Positions 11,421-24,480 of a DNA stretch of 64,000 bases are shown here, piece after piece (the first letter of the stretch is position 1; every line of letters begins with the position of its first letter). The DNA is from Lama guanicoe (Eukaryota). Position numbers and translations under genes: made by a program. The stretch spans positions 4,663,775 to 4,727,774 of the forward strand of contig MU053482.1 of NCBI GenBank assembly GCA_013239625.1, written 5' to 3'. Below the pieces are notes generated by a model. That model saw only the letters and a program-made list of their open reading frames with translations, ran no database searches and had not been told where the DNA came from.

Positions 11421-13679
11421 AGGGAGCGGGCAGACTGGGTGCAGCAAGGAGAAGGGGGAGTCAGGAGGCCTCCGGAGGAGGCTGGGAGCTGCCAGCTCTG
11501 CCTCCAAGGGAGGGCAGGGTCCCTGGGCTAGGCCTCTGGTGTAGGTACCCGGAGGGCAGGAGAGGAACTGAGGGAGAGTGGCAGGCGGCCTCCCCTCCCT
11601 TCTACAGGGTTTCCAAGTCACCTTCCCCATTCCATTCCTCGGAGTCCTGTTTTGAACTTAAGACCAGGCCAATTGCAGAACCCTGTGAGACTCATGCACG
11701 TATGTCTTGAACACAGCAGGGCGCCCCCAGCCTCTCCTTGACGCTGCCCTGGAAACTGCGCCAGCTCAGGGCAGGCAGAGGCCACAAACCTCACCCAGCT
11801 TCTGGCCTGACCCACGATGCACAGATCACCCTGTGGAAAACCCCGGCCGGAGCCAGGGGCCGATGCCAGCTGTCACTCTCCTGAAGCCCAACACCTGCAA
11901 AGGCCTGGGGCTCGGGGTCTGCTCCCGCCAGTCTCCCCCCGAGACACACAGGCCGCAGAAGGAAGATGCACCCAGCCGCACTCAGCACACCAGGTGTAGA
12001 GAACAGCCCTTCCAGGCCCTCAGCACCCAGACCCCTGAGGAAACGGTCCTGCAGTTCTCCTCTGCTTCCGCCCCAGACCCAGGGCCCTCTGGGGAGACCT
12101 TCACACGCACAGGTCTTCAGGATGGAGAGGGGGTGCCCCGGACAACAGCCTGTTCCACTGCCGGGCCAGAGACTGCCAGCCCCACACTCACGGAACTTTC
12201 CAGCACATTCTTTCAGCCTGAGTGATATTTCTTCTGGAAAATTATACCCATATTTAACTCCAAAGGAAACTTCCTCCCGGGCCCGAATTGTCTCTGACCA
12301 ACTGAGTGCTGTCACCGACCTGGGTTAGAAGCAGTGGAGGGAGCCCTCTCCATCCTTTCCCCATCCATGTTTCCCAGGCTTTGGGTCTGTGGGGCCCTCA
12401 CCCTCATTCTGACAGCAGATCGTGGGGTGGGGTGGAGCCATGGGACCTCCCCCGGGTCTGACCTTCATCAAACACTTATAGGACACAGTGCTCCATCCGC
12501 AAGAGGTACCTGCCATTCAAGTCATCAGGAGTCTAATCATAATTGCTCTGAAAGCGGCCCCAGCAGAGGGCCCTGGTGACGGATGAGGCTGGACTAATTC
12601 AATCAATGCCAAATCACAGGAGACAGGCGGCCCTCCAGGCCCGGGGAACAGCTAGACTGCATCTGTGCTAGTGGCATAATAACATGGTGTGACAAGGGAG
12701 GAGGTGGAAAAAAACAGGCGTGTCCCCCGTGACCTGAGGGAAGGGGGCCTGGGGTTCCGTCACCAGGGAACTCTCTGCTCTGCCTGCACCAGGCAGCTCC
12801 TGGGGCCAGACACTGCCCCCAAGTATTGCCCTCCCCTGCCTGGAATTCTCTCTCAGCCAGCAACCCTCAGACAAGCACCTGGCTCCCCAGGACCCTGACA
12901 CCAGATAGGGGGAGTCCTGACTCCAGATGGGGCCCCAACATTCCTGCCTCTGGAAAAAGATGCTCCTCACCCCTGCAAACTCATAACCTACCCATCAGTG
13001 AAGTCTGAGTTCAGTCAGCAAGAGGGCCAAGCGCGTCCAGGGTCTGGCTCTGCGGGGCTCGGGGTCCTGGACTCTAGCAAATTTACCCAGGTTGTGAGGC
13101 CCTCACCCTGAGGACACTACCTTGTAGCTCATCATCTTTCCACCTTCCCTGTCAACCGTTTGCTGAGTCCAATCTCCGCACGGCACACAGGGCCCTTTGT
13201 GGTCAGTTCCTAACCTGTTTTCCAGTCCAACTTCCTGACCCCTCCCCCAAAGCCCAGTTCTGGTCCCTGCTTCTAGAATGCCCTCATATCCCGCTCAGAC
13301 AACTCATCTTTAAGGAGCCTCCTTAATGACTTCCCTGACTCTCCCCAGTGGGCAGAGAGGGTTTGTCTCCTTGGTACCCCTGGCCTTCAGTATCCACCCC
13401 AGTGAACACCGAGTGAGGAGAGAAATACATTTGGACTCCAAAGATCACAGGCATTTATAAGAATGGCCTAGACTCACAGTGGGAAAATTAAGGTACAGGT
13501 TGGGGGGCTTCAAGTGTCTGCAATTGCTTTTCCCTCTGAGGGGACACCGTCCAGCAGCAGCCAAGGTGATCAGTGGCTGGTTGGTCATAGGTGTCTCAAG
13601 GTGGGACCTGCTTCAATTCCTAAAGCCCCCCGAGACCTTTCATTGAGTCACTGGCCTCTTCTGACCAGAGCAGTTAACA

Positions 13680-14115
13680 CATCTTTGGATTGTTTCTAGA
13701 GATTGGAAGTGAGAGGGACTGAAAGGACAGTCCCTCAACCATCCCATCCACCCTAGGAGAGCACTTAGCTCACTTGGTGATGCTGCGTGACTTTCAAGGC
13801 TGGGTCACGAGAGGCAACACGGCTTTGGCTTGGCTCTCTCCCTCTTCAGACGCTCACCCTCTGAACCAAGGCTCCAGTCTGGGAGGAAGCCAGGGCTCCA
13901 CGGAGAGGCTGCAACACCAGCGAACGGCCAGAAGCATGCGTGTGAAAAGCCTCTGGATGACTCCAGCCTCAGCCACTGAGTCATCCGGCTTCAAGTCGGA
14001 GCTCTCAGATCTTGGAGCAGAGGCGAGCCATCTCACTGTACCTTGTCCAAATCCTTCGCCCTAATCCAGGAGCATAGCAATGTGTGTTTTACATCACTGA
14101 GGTTGGAGTAACGGA
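13680..14115 (+). mobile_element. Old MaLR (MLT1G/H-like) LTR
   Basis: TGCTGCGTGACTTTCAAGGCTGGGTCA, GATGACTCCAGCCTCAGCC and GGAGCAGAGGCGAGCCATC motifs; boundaries approximate. Confidence 0.55.
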
Positions 14116-16670
14116 CAGCCAGTGCACAGTGCATCCCAAACTTGCCCTTGGCCTTGCCAGTCTTTCCACCTGGCACCTTGAAGGTGGTGATTTTGTGGCT
14201 CCGTGGGCATGGGGTGCCTACATGGGCTCACTCCCCTGCCTGCAGGCCGACAGGAAGCATGGCAGACTGTGTCCTCAGCAATCTTGGGCAGTCATTCAGA
14301 GCGAGGAGGCCAGTCCACAAGCCTCTGCTCGGTGGCCTGCTCGGTGGCTGATTTCATGAATTCTCTCACCTCCACTTTGACTCTCTCTGGCTTTGGCCAG
14401 GCTGTGACCTCCTTGATCTTCTTGGCTGCTCTCCAAGCCAGACAGGTTTGATGTCATTTTCCTTGGCTGGACATCTCCCCTCCCTGTTCAGGAGTCTGGC
14501 AGAGCTAGGAGTCCAGTGAATCCAAGTGGGTTTTCATAAAACAGCAATCCTTGTTGATGGTGAGCCTAGAGTCAGCTGCTGCCGGTGCCTCTTGTGGTCC
14601 TGGCTGGTCTCCGAGGTGGAGCACCCTCAGTCCCCAGCTTGACGCCCTGGTGCTGGGAGGCAAGTCCATGGCGAGGGTCTTTACAATTTCTCTTTAACAA
14701 AGACATTCTGAGCAATGAATGGTGGCATCAGAAGCAATGCCTGGGGCGTGATGGCGGGTCCTCCAGGGTTGTGCTGTGTCTGAGGAGACAGGAGCACTCC
14801 TCGACTCCACTGAGTCAGGGGCCTGGAAGCAGACACGGGAAGAGCTGCCTTCAGAGAACTGTGACCAGCCCTCCTTGAGGGGAGGGGACGGCCTGCCCAG
14901 GGAGAGGGATCTGGGTGTCATGGAAGGTCTCTGAGGAGCCGGCTCTAGGAAGTCATGACAGGGGTGTCTACAGGAAGGAGTGTCTTGGTTCTTGTTTCCA
15001 CAAGCTTCTCAGCACTTGGTCCAAAGGGAAGCCTCTGCTTCACCCCTCCTGGCCTCTCACCCACAACCTTAGCCGCGGTGGGCAAATCTTCGTCACCTTC
15101 CTCTTCCTCCTTTCCTGGTTCAGGGATGGAGGAGCCGTGTGGCTCACATCTCACGGATGTTCTGCATCCTCTTGCCTCGAGTTCTACCAGGGCTTCGTCC
15201 CTGTTTGTGACACCTGCAACCAGCATCAGAGGTCCCCTCAGTGCTGGCATCTGCCCCAGAAAAGTGATGTTCAGCCGTGAAGGGCAGCAGAGCCAAGGCC
15301 ATGAAGAGGTGTCCTGGGCCTTTATGCTTCTGTGACCAGGGGAGGCCAGGGCCAGGGCCAGTCACAGGCCAGGGTGATGCTCCCACGTGACTGCGGTGGG
15401 CAGGGTCCCGTCAGGGCCTGTGAGGGCCGCAGATTCATGTCCCCACCCTCAGACAACTCCTCACACAGACCCTACTGAATCCACCTTACTTTCGAACAAA
15501 GCAATTACAAGGGTTAAACCTAATCGCAGTCACACCCTCGGGCTGCGCCCGGCTAAGCCTGGTGCGGGCTGTGTGACTCGGGAAGAGCAGTGCAGGGGAT
15601 GAAGCAGGGACAGAATAGGTTTCAGGGAGAGGGTACCAGTGTCTGCCTCGGTTTTGCAGTAATTATGCTAAGCAGGTTCTGACAATGTTTTTATTGCTGT
15701 TACATTTTGATTCTATTTAAGACTCTCCCTCTGCCACTGGGGAGGGATGGAGTTTCTCTGTATTTACTCAGTTGGTCTCTTCTAACTCTTTGCACGTCAG
15801 TCAGTGAGCTGACTCGGCCTAACCTAACCCCTTCACTTTGTTTTTCCTTTGCCTTGAGAAGAAAGTCCTGAGTGTGTCCAGTCCCTTCACACTCTTGGCC
15901 CTTGGAGAGGATGCCTGTCCCAGATCGGGTGTCTCTGAGGAGAGCTCTCTGAGGCTCCGCCCCGAGGCACCTGTGCTGGAGGGAACTGGAGGGGCTGAAG
16001 ACAGCTCACCTTTCTCTTCTCTGCTCACCCTGGGGGCTCCGGACTGAGTCTTCGGTGGGGCGGGTGAAGACTTCTCTGGGGAAGAGCAGACTCCGGGGTG
16101 TGTGTGACTCTTTCCAACACACCAGAACCCTCCAGCGGGGTGTCCGGTCTGCATCTTTCAAGCTGAGCCACTGGTGAAACCATCCTCAGGGGGAGAGGCC
16201 AGGAGACACTTCAGGAGGGAGCTCAGGCTGCCGAGCCCAGCCAGGGGCTCAGGTCCCCCAGAGGAAGATCAGCACCCGCCAGGGGCTCCGAGCCGCGGGA
16301 GTCTGCAGACGCCCCACTTGGCCCACCCAGGGTCAGACAGCAGGTCTGGGACCACCTGCACACTCCTACTTGGAGATGGACCCTAACCCTGCATTTCCAA
16401 GAGCCTCTGGGAGCAGGTGATCAGGATTTGTTCAAACTTCAGTTTCCTGCAAATGAGTCTGCACAGTCCTTAGGATCCAAACCACCTGCAGGGAGGCTGG
16501 CGGTACTCGGGGCCTGGGGGTCAGGCCCCGCCAACAATGGGGTGGGTGGGAGGTGCCTGCTCCAGGGAATGCAACAGACAGAGCTCGTTCAACAGCCTCC
16601 CCCTTGCCGGGGAGGCCACATCTAAATCTGAACGACAGTGTGGGCACTGGCCACCAGCCTTCTCTTGAAA

Positions 16671-17160
16671 CAGGGGTCTTAAACTTTTTCACACCATGAG
16701 CTTCTATGGCAGCTTAATGAAGGCTGCGGACCCCTTCTCAGACCCCTTCCTGGAATAATGCATTAAGTGAGCAAAGGAAAACACAGATTACAAAGGACAA
16801 TGACTGCACTGAAATACAGTGATCAAAATGTGTTGAGATACAGGGTTTTATGGGCTTCTTCACCAACACTCTGAGCAGTAAAATCTACCGGCCAGTCTGA
16901 CAATGACCTCAACTTCTAAGTAGCGTAAATGCTGTTTGAAGTCATCAGCAACAGAGGCCAGAAGGCACGAAAACACCCGCGGTGGCTGTCGGAACGAGGG
17001 CAATGCCAGTGAGCCTGTGGCTGGTCGCCTGCTTTCAAGGTTGAAGCAAATGCCACCCTGATGTAAAAGCTGGTGAAAATAAAGGTGTGTTTCCTTCCCC
17101 AAGAGTTCTCTTCAGGTGACAAAGGTGACACTAATGGAGATCCAAGGTTAAGGACCACTG
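16671..17160 (+). mobile_element. hAT-Charlie non-autonomous DNA transposon (Charlie4a-like)
   Basis: Imperfect TIRs CAGGGGTCTTAAAC ... GGTTAAGGACCACTG; internal GGACCCCTTCTCAGA and GATTACAAAGGA..TGAAATACAGT. Confidence 0.65.
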
Positions 17161-20100
17161 CTTTAGTGTCTCCCATCCAGCACCCTCTCTGAAAAGTAAG
17201 AATTCCTTCAACTTCCTTTAAAAAAACAGAAAAAGAAAATGGAAAGCCATAGGAAACAAAAACAGAGTTGTTTCCCTCCATAAAGAAAAAAAGGCACGTC
17301 CCCAGAGGACTGCCAGGCCCCTGGGTGGGGAAGCGGCCGGGCAGGCACCCTGAGCTCCAGTGGGCTTCCAGACCCCTGGGTCCTGGCCTCTTTCCTGTCA
17401 TCAGCAATTAAGCTTTCCCTCCGCCAACCCTCCCCACAAAGTTCACCACAGTGAGGACTTAAAAAGGGGCTTGTGGAATTATTAAACCTTCCAGGCTGAA
17501 CGATTTGTGCTAATGAGCTTGGAAGAAACCTTAGTATGTTTTGGTCATGGAAAACCACATACTCTGGCCTCATTTTGCTCACAAGTGGCCATGTCTTATT
17601 TGGCTTCACCGTCGTGGCATGGCAGGGGACACAAAACTTCAGCTCCGAAGAGGCCGTGGGCCGGAATCTAGGGAGGGTGGTCTGAGCACACCCAGGTTTC
17701 CTGCCCAGACACCCATCATCACAATGACCCCAGCGCTGCCCGCCGAGGCGCCTGTGCCAAGGGATCCACCCCACCACCAGGTCTGCTCCAACTCTCCAAG
17801 CTGAGACCCAGGCCACCAGCTACAAAAAGGACCCACCTGCCCAACCGTGAGCCCCAGGTCCAATTCCTTCTCAATGCTCCTTGCTGGGTGTCATTTAACA
17901 TCACCGAGCTACAGTGTCCTCATCTGTAAAATGGGATTATGTTGCTTGGACGATTAAGGGTGGTAAGTGTGTCCACACATCACAGCATGGACCAGACATT
18001 CAATTACCACTAGTGACCTCTCATCTGCCCCTTTTGTGAAGCAGTGAACAGAGGAGGAAGGCTAGGCTTTGCAGTAAGACAGACCTGATTCCAAATCCTA
18101 ACTTACAAGCTTTCCAACCTTGGCAAGTCACTCTATGCTTCCTTCTCTTTAAGTGGGGCTGTACCCCTGTTTTAGGTGGGTTTGGTAAGAGCTAAGGAAA
18201 ATAGCTTCTATGAAGTGGTCCACAGTACCTGGCACATAGTAGGTGCTCAGTGAATATTAGTTCTCTTTCCTTTCTCTCACCCTCCACATCCTAGCGAAGC
18301 TGTCAGGGAGAGGGGAACAGGCCTGCCAAGGCGGGCCCAGGTGTGACTACTGGCCTTTGACTTGGCCTTTCTGCTGCTGGGTGTGTGTTGTCTCCGCGGA
18401 AAGAGGTCCCTGCAGACCTCATGGGGAAAAACAGGACCTCAAAGCAATGGGAAAAGCAAAAGGCTGCTGGGTGGGGGCACTTGTGCCTCTGGGGCTGACT
18501 TACGGATGGAGTCTGCTGGCCCCAGCCCACCTCGAGCCACCGGGGACCCACTGGCCTGGGGAGCAGGCCTCCTCCATCTGCGAGCCAAGATGTTTTTCCA
18601 CCCTGACTGCAGCTCACCAGGCAGTGGGCTCTCCCTGCCTTTTGTACCTGCTTCCTCTCCTTGGAGGCCATGGATTATGAGACTGTGGAAAATTTGGGCT
18701 GTTTCCCTGTGGCTGTATTTTCCACATCACATTGAAATGTGTCAGTGGCTAAACTTCAGATACGGGCGCCTGCCACCCACTTAAAATGCCCCTCCCTCCT
18801 CGGTGGTTTGGAACAGTTCCCTTCAGGGGCACAGGTCTCACATGACCAGTGGCAGGAGCAAAAGAAAGAGGGTGAGATATTCCACAGCTCCCTAACCCTA
18901 ACAGCCTCCCCTGGTGACCCCAGGGGCTCCACCATCCCTGGGAGGGAAAGATGCCTGTGTTTATTGCTACCCAGTGGTCTTTTGGTGATTTTGTTTTTTC
19001 ATTTTGAGCATTTTTGGTGGGGGGCGGGGGAGTGTTCAATGACTCAATATAAATGACAGGAGTGTAGCCAGGTGGCAGAAGGTTCAAAACCACCCAAAAT
19101 TATGGCTGCAAACTTCCATGACTACTTCTATCAGAAATATATCTTTTTCCTGAAAAGGGAAAAATTTGTATCTGGTTTCAGAGGAATATGAACCATTCAA
19201 CCACCTACCATGACTTTGGGAATTTAACTGAATTTAACCTCTCCAGACTCCAGTGTCCTCATCTGTAAAATAATATCTACTTCTCAGTATTGCAAAGATT
19301 ACAAAATAAAGCACATAAAAACACCTGGTATAGAGCCCAGCAAACAGTAGGTATTCAATAATCAGATGAACAAATGAGGCCATTCTTTCAAGCAAATAAA
19401 ACTCATCTCTGTACTGGCAGCTCTTTGCTGAATCTAATCTTCAGGGACTTCTGCTTCTATTTATAGTCCCCAGTTTACTCCCTGGTCAATAGTTTTATCC
19501 ATTCAACGTATCCATTAAACTACTAAGCACCTACCTCATGTCGATACAGAGGTAAACATGACAAAGCCCCTGCCTTCCCAGGGCTCACGGTCTTACAGAC
19601 ACTTCTGCTGCCACTTCACCAACTTCCGGTGTTGCCCCCTAGATCTGAGAAGCCTCATCCCACCCCACGCGCGGTCACCGTCTTCTCAGCATCAGACAGA
19701 CCACCTGCCCAGTTACCAAACTTACAAGGTGTCACAAAAACGGTGGCACCACCGCCCTGCTTCCTAAACAGGAAACTCCAAGTCCACAGTGTATTAAAAA
19801 CCCAACTGAACTGGATATAAGGTCCCAACTTCAACAGCTGCATGATTCGGAGAACATTATGTGCCCCTCATCTCTGTTTTTCCATCTGTAAAATGAGAGG
19901 TTTGGTCTAGAGTAGGAACAAGAAATGGATTTCAAACACAGTGCTTTTCCAGTTGATAATCAGTGGTTGCTTGAAGGGCTGTGTTATCTCAAGTTCTGAA
20001 GCTCTATCTGGGCTCATTAGGAAACAACAGTTGATTAGTGATGTCTGCCACGAGCACAGTGGTAGGGACAGTGGTAGTGTATGTGCCCCATGCTTTAAAC

Positions 20101-21417
20101 CCTGGTATACAGGAGCTCAAAGGACCCTGTGAATTCTGCCATTTATAATTCTGTGACTTGGTGAAGTCTTGCTTTACTTTATCGTTGGCACAAGACCTTC
20201 TTTCCAGACAACAGCTTTTACATCTGTTTGGTCTAGGACCTTATAGCCAGTATCACCTGAGAAACTTTCTCAGTTACTGGGTTTCAAGGGACAGCAACCT
20301 TACAACAAAATAAACACATGTACTAATTTATCCCACTCATATTCAGTAAACTGCTGCTTCCTGCCCCAGAGGCCAAGGAAATTAGGTCAGAAAGGAGAAT
20401 TTACATGTACCGAGCATCTATTAAGTGACAGATACTGTCAATACATTGTCTCTTACTTTGGGCAGTCACTAAACCCTCCTTTCATGGGACAGGAACCAGT
20501 GCTCAGAGCAGCTGGGGGAAGTTGCCCAAGAAGCAGAGATTCCAACTCATAACACTTCAGACTCCAAACCCCACTGCTCTGTGCTCCCATAAAATGAACC
20601 CAAATGCCTTGTTTATTCTTTCTCTTCCAGGAGGTAGAGGTGAAAAATGAAATGGACAGCGCATCCAGACAGAGCGATGAGATCTGGACAAACATTTAGA
20701 TGACTCAATCCCCATCCATCATTTTTTTCTACAGTCTGCTGGGGATTGGACCAAGAGTAGATGTTCCAACCTATTTGGGAGACCAGCTCAGCTCATCAGA
20801 TTTAGGACATGACTGAGGGCATTAGATACATTTCTCTGCATCCCAACCCCCCATCCCGACCCAGCTCCCTTGCACTGGCTCTGCCCCTGACCCCAGAGGA
20901 AGGGAGGGCATGACCAAAGCACTGTCCTTTGACCCTGTTCCCAGGAAGCCCTCCTGACCACTGGTGGGGATTTAAAAACTGCTGCCACCACCACAAAGCC
21001 CCCTCCCTGAGGCCGTAGCCCAGCCAAGCCCCTAGGAGTCTGTGGAGCCCTGACAGGGATGTGGAAGCTCCCTGACGCCACTGGGATTCTCTGTGAGACA
21101 TGCTGGGGGATCTCATAAAGGAAGGTGCGGAGGGGGCGGAGATTTCTAACAATCAGGAAAACCACCTCTTTGGATCCTGGAGGTGAACATCTAAGACGCA
21201 GCCTGAGCTTGCCTACACCCAGCCTGGGGGCAGTTTCCAGCATGCTGGCTGAGGCCGGGGCGTGAGTTACTACTTAGTTACACTTCCGGTTAGTGGTGTC
21301 ATTTACACCTCAGAGACACCCTCTGAGGCTGTGACTGCCGAAATGGAGAGGCAACCACTGGGACCTGCGTTGGGAAGGCACTGCCTGGACCCAGGGCAGC
21401 AGAGCCCAGGGATTTTT

Positions 21418-21550
21418 TCTGGGGGGGTGGTAATCAGGTTTACTTATTTATTTATTTATAATTACTATTTTTTATGGTGTACTGGGGATTGAACCCAGGA
21501 CCTTGTGCATCTAGGCTTGCATTCTACCAATAAGCTATATCCTCCCACCT
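21418..21550 (-). mobile_element. tRNA-derived SINE (camelid vic-1-like) with degenerate 16-bp TSD
   Basis: Minus strand reads GGGAGGATATAGCTTATTGGTAGAATGC...GGTCCTGGGTTCAATCCCCAGTAC (A and B boxes) plus AT-rich tail; flanks GAGCCCAGGGATTTTT (21402-21417) and GAGTCCGGGGATTTTT (21551-21566). Confidence 0.85.
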
Positions 21551-21656
21551 GAGTCCGGGGATTTTTGTACAGCCCTTCAGCTCAAATTGGACCCTGAGTC
21601 CCCCAGTGCCTACAGTCATGGATGCCAAGGGGTAACATAACATCCCATCTTGTGCT

Positions 21657-22280
21657 CCACTGGTGGGCGTGTACAACGGTGCAGCTGCTGTAGGAAACAG
21701 TATGGCAGTGCCTCAAAAAAATCAAAATAGAATTACTATGTAATCCAACAATTCCAGCCTGTATATACCCAAAAGAACTGAGATCAGGGACTCAAAGAGA
21801 GATTTGTACACTCGCATTCATCGCAATATTATTCACAACAGCCAAGAGGTGAAGGCAACCCAAGTGTCCACCGACAGATGGACGCAAACAAAAGGTAGTT
21901 TCCACAAACCAAATGGAATACTGCTCAGCCTGAAGAAGGAAGGAAATTCTGACACGTGCTACAACGTGAGTGAGCCTTGAGAACATTATGCTAAGTGAAA
22001 TAAGAGGACAAAAAAAACCTGTATGATTCCATTCATATGAAGGATCGAGAACAGTCAAATTCATAGAGACAGAAAACAGAAGACCGGTTGCCAGGGACCA
22101 AAGGGAGGGAAAAACAGGGGTTACTGTTTAATGGGCACAGCTTTTCAGTTCTGCAAGATGAAACGAGTTCTGGAGACTGGCTGCACAACAATGTGAACGT
22201 ACTTACTACTGAACTATATGCTTAAAAATGGTTGGGATGGCAAATTTTATGTATATATATTTCAACACAATTTTTAAAAA
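21657..22280 (+). mobile_element. Ancient L1M (L1MB-like) 3' fragment
   Basis: Degenerate ORF2 C-terminus and 3'UTR motifs (GCAACCCAAGTGTCCA, CATTATGCTAAGTGAAATAAG, GAGTTCTGGAGA, AAAATGGTT). Confidence 0.85.
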
Positions 22281-24249
22281 CGTTCCATTAAGAGCATGGG
22301 TTTTAGAGATTTGGTAATCGACAACACCCAGGCAATTTGCTTTGCTTCTTTCTCTTGGTACAGGCTCTGCCACCTAGCTCTGCTGTTGAACTTCTCTGAG
22401 CCTCGGTTACTTCATCTATAAAATGGGATCAACAGCGTATGTGACTTAAATGGTTGTCACGTGGATTATGTGAAGGGAAGCTGGTGAGATCCCAGTCCTG
22501 GCACACAGCAAGGGCCCCATAAATGGCAGCTCTTAACGTTCGCCATCGGCTATTACTAGCATTGTCACCATGGCCATTTGTTATCACTGAGCACTCAGTC
22601 GTATCACAGCACTGATGAGCTGGTCTGAACTGTTGCAGGATTTACTCTGAGAAGGAGAAACAGGTGGCGGTGGCTTTGGAGAGAGGATGGGTAATCTGGT
22701 CACTTTCCGAGTCAGTGACCAAATGAGGGAGCGTTGTGGTCCTCGATGTTATTTTAAAAATAAAACAAAATGGACTCACGAGCCCTGGGAGTTTCTCAGA
22801 ACTATGCCAAAGGTCCAGGAAGGGCAGAGCCACAGGCTGAAAAGGCCCCCAGGCTGGTCTGGAAGGATCTCCAGGCCCTAACAGCAGTGGACAGCCACCC
22901 ACCTGCACAGGGAGCTCTTCAGCCCCTGACATGCTTGGGCAACCCTGAAACCACGGAAATGGCTTGTTCTGCAGCCGTCAGCCTAATGAAATTTCAAGTT
23001 CAATCACTGTCATTTATCTGGCCTGCCTACTAGCACCGAGCAGAAGAGGTGTGTTCCGTTTCTAAGTAAAAGTTTCCAGATTCCAAGCCCCAAAGCCAGG
23101 CTTTTTGCAGAGCACAGAGGATTCAGCCTAGAGTTTCAGCAGGAATAAGCAAAACCCTGTCCCCACCAACGTCTCTGCCATCCAAACCATGTCTTCCCAG
23201 CTGTGTCCTCTGGGATGGCAGAGAGCCTTGATGCGCTATACACACAGCCTTTCAGACGCAGGGTATGTTCCTAAGTCAGTGTGTATTTCCAGCTCCTTGG
23301 CGGGGCTCTCGGAGCCCTTCCTGATCTGATTCCTGCCTCTCCCCAGCCTCATCTTCTGCTCCCCCAAGCACACCTCCAGCCCTGGCGCTCTCAACTACGT
23401 GGTGCTCCTCAAACATGTTCTTAGCTGCACATGCCTCCTTGACTTTGAACAAAGAATGCTTCTGCAAAGAATGCCCTTCCTCCCCATAACTAGAATTCCT
23501 AGACACCATTCAAAACACAGCTCAACCGCCACCTATTCTAGGAAGCCCGCCAAGAAGTCTAAAGGGTCCAAGACCTTATTTGCAAGGTGACAAGTGAGCC
23601 TTCCACAGTTTCCTGGATGCCAGCAGAGACCTGAGACTCCCGGGTCAGAGACAGCACCAAAGCAGCACGAGCCTCATGTCTGTGACAGTTCCCCTCGCCC
23701 CCAAGTCCCAGGGGACAACGTGGAGGGACCTAGGTGGATGCTGTGTGTGCAGTATGTGCATCACAGCTGAGAACTGTCAAGCACCCAAATGTTGTATAAT
23801 GGGCTGCAAATGAACCTGCCTTCTGCCAGGCAGGAAGTGTTATCTCTGTTTTCCAAGGCTGCTTGCTGTACAAACATCCTTGGAAAGATAGTCTGGAACA
23901 AAAGGGCCATTAATGTCTCTGCTTACAAAACAAGCAGAAACTCCAGAGAGCAAGAAGGATCGACAAAATCTTCCCTGGCTGCCTGATCTGGGAAGCCACA
24001 CAACGCTCCCACCATGCCCTGTCCACCTCTGCCTTAGGAAATATGAATCCACGTTGTAATGACCTGTTTACTTTTTTGTTCCACTGCTAGCCTGGGTCCT
24101 CTCTGCTGTTCGGGACTGTCTTTTACATTTATCTGCCAGACACACATTACATGCTCAATATGCAAATAAATGGAAATGGATGAGTTGAATAATTAAAATT
24201 CCGAATTTTGACAGCCATGGTTTGGGGGTAATCAAATAATCATAACAAC

Positions 24250-24480
24250 ACAGGGATGACATTGACTCACTGCTGCTTCTTGTGTTCAAGGTGCTGTATG
24301 GTGGTTTTTATCTGGATTGCTTCATTTTATTCTCATGAAACGCTCTATGGAAGGAAGGTACTTTGATGAATCCACTCTACATGTGGGGAAACTGAGGCTT
24401 AGAGCAGTTAGGGATTTAACCAGCCACATGGCTAACAGCAACACAGCAGCACCCTGAACTGGGTCTGCCTGCACCTGAGC
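24250..24480 (-). mobile_element. MIR SINE
   Basis: GGAAACTGAGGCTTAGAG core with typical flanks. Confidence 0.6.
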
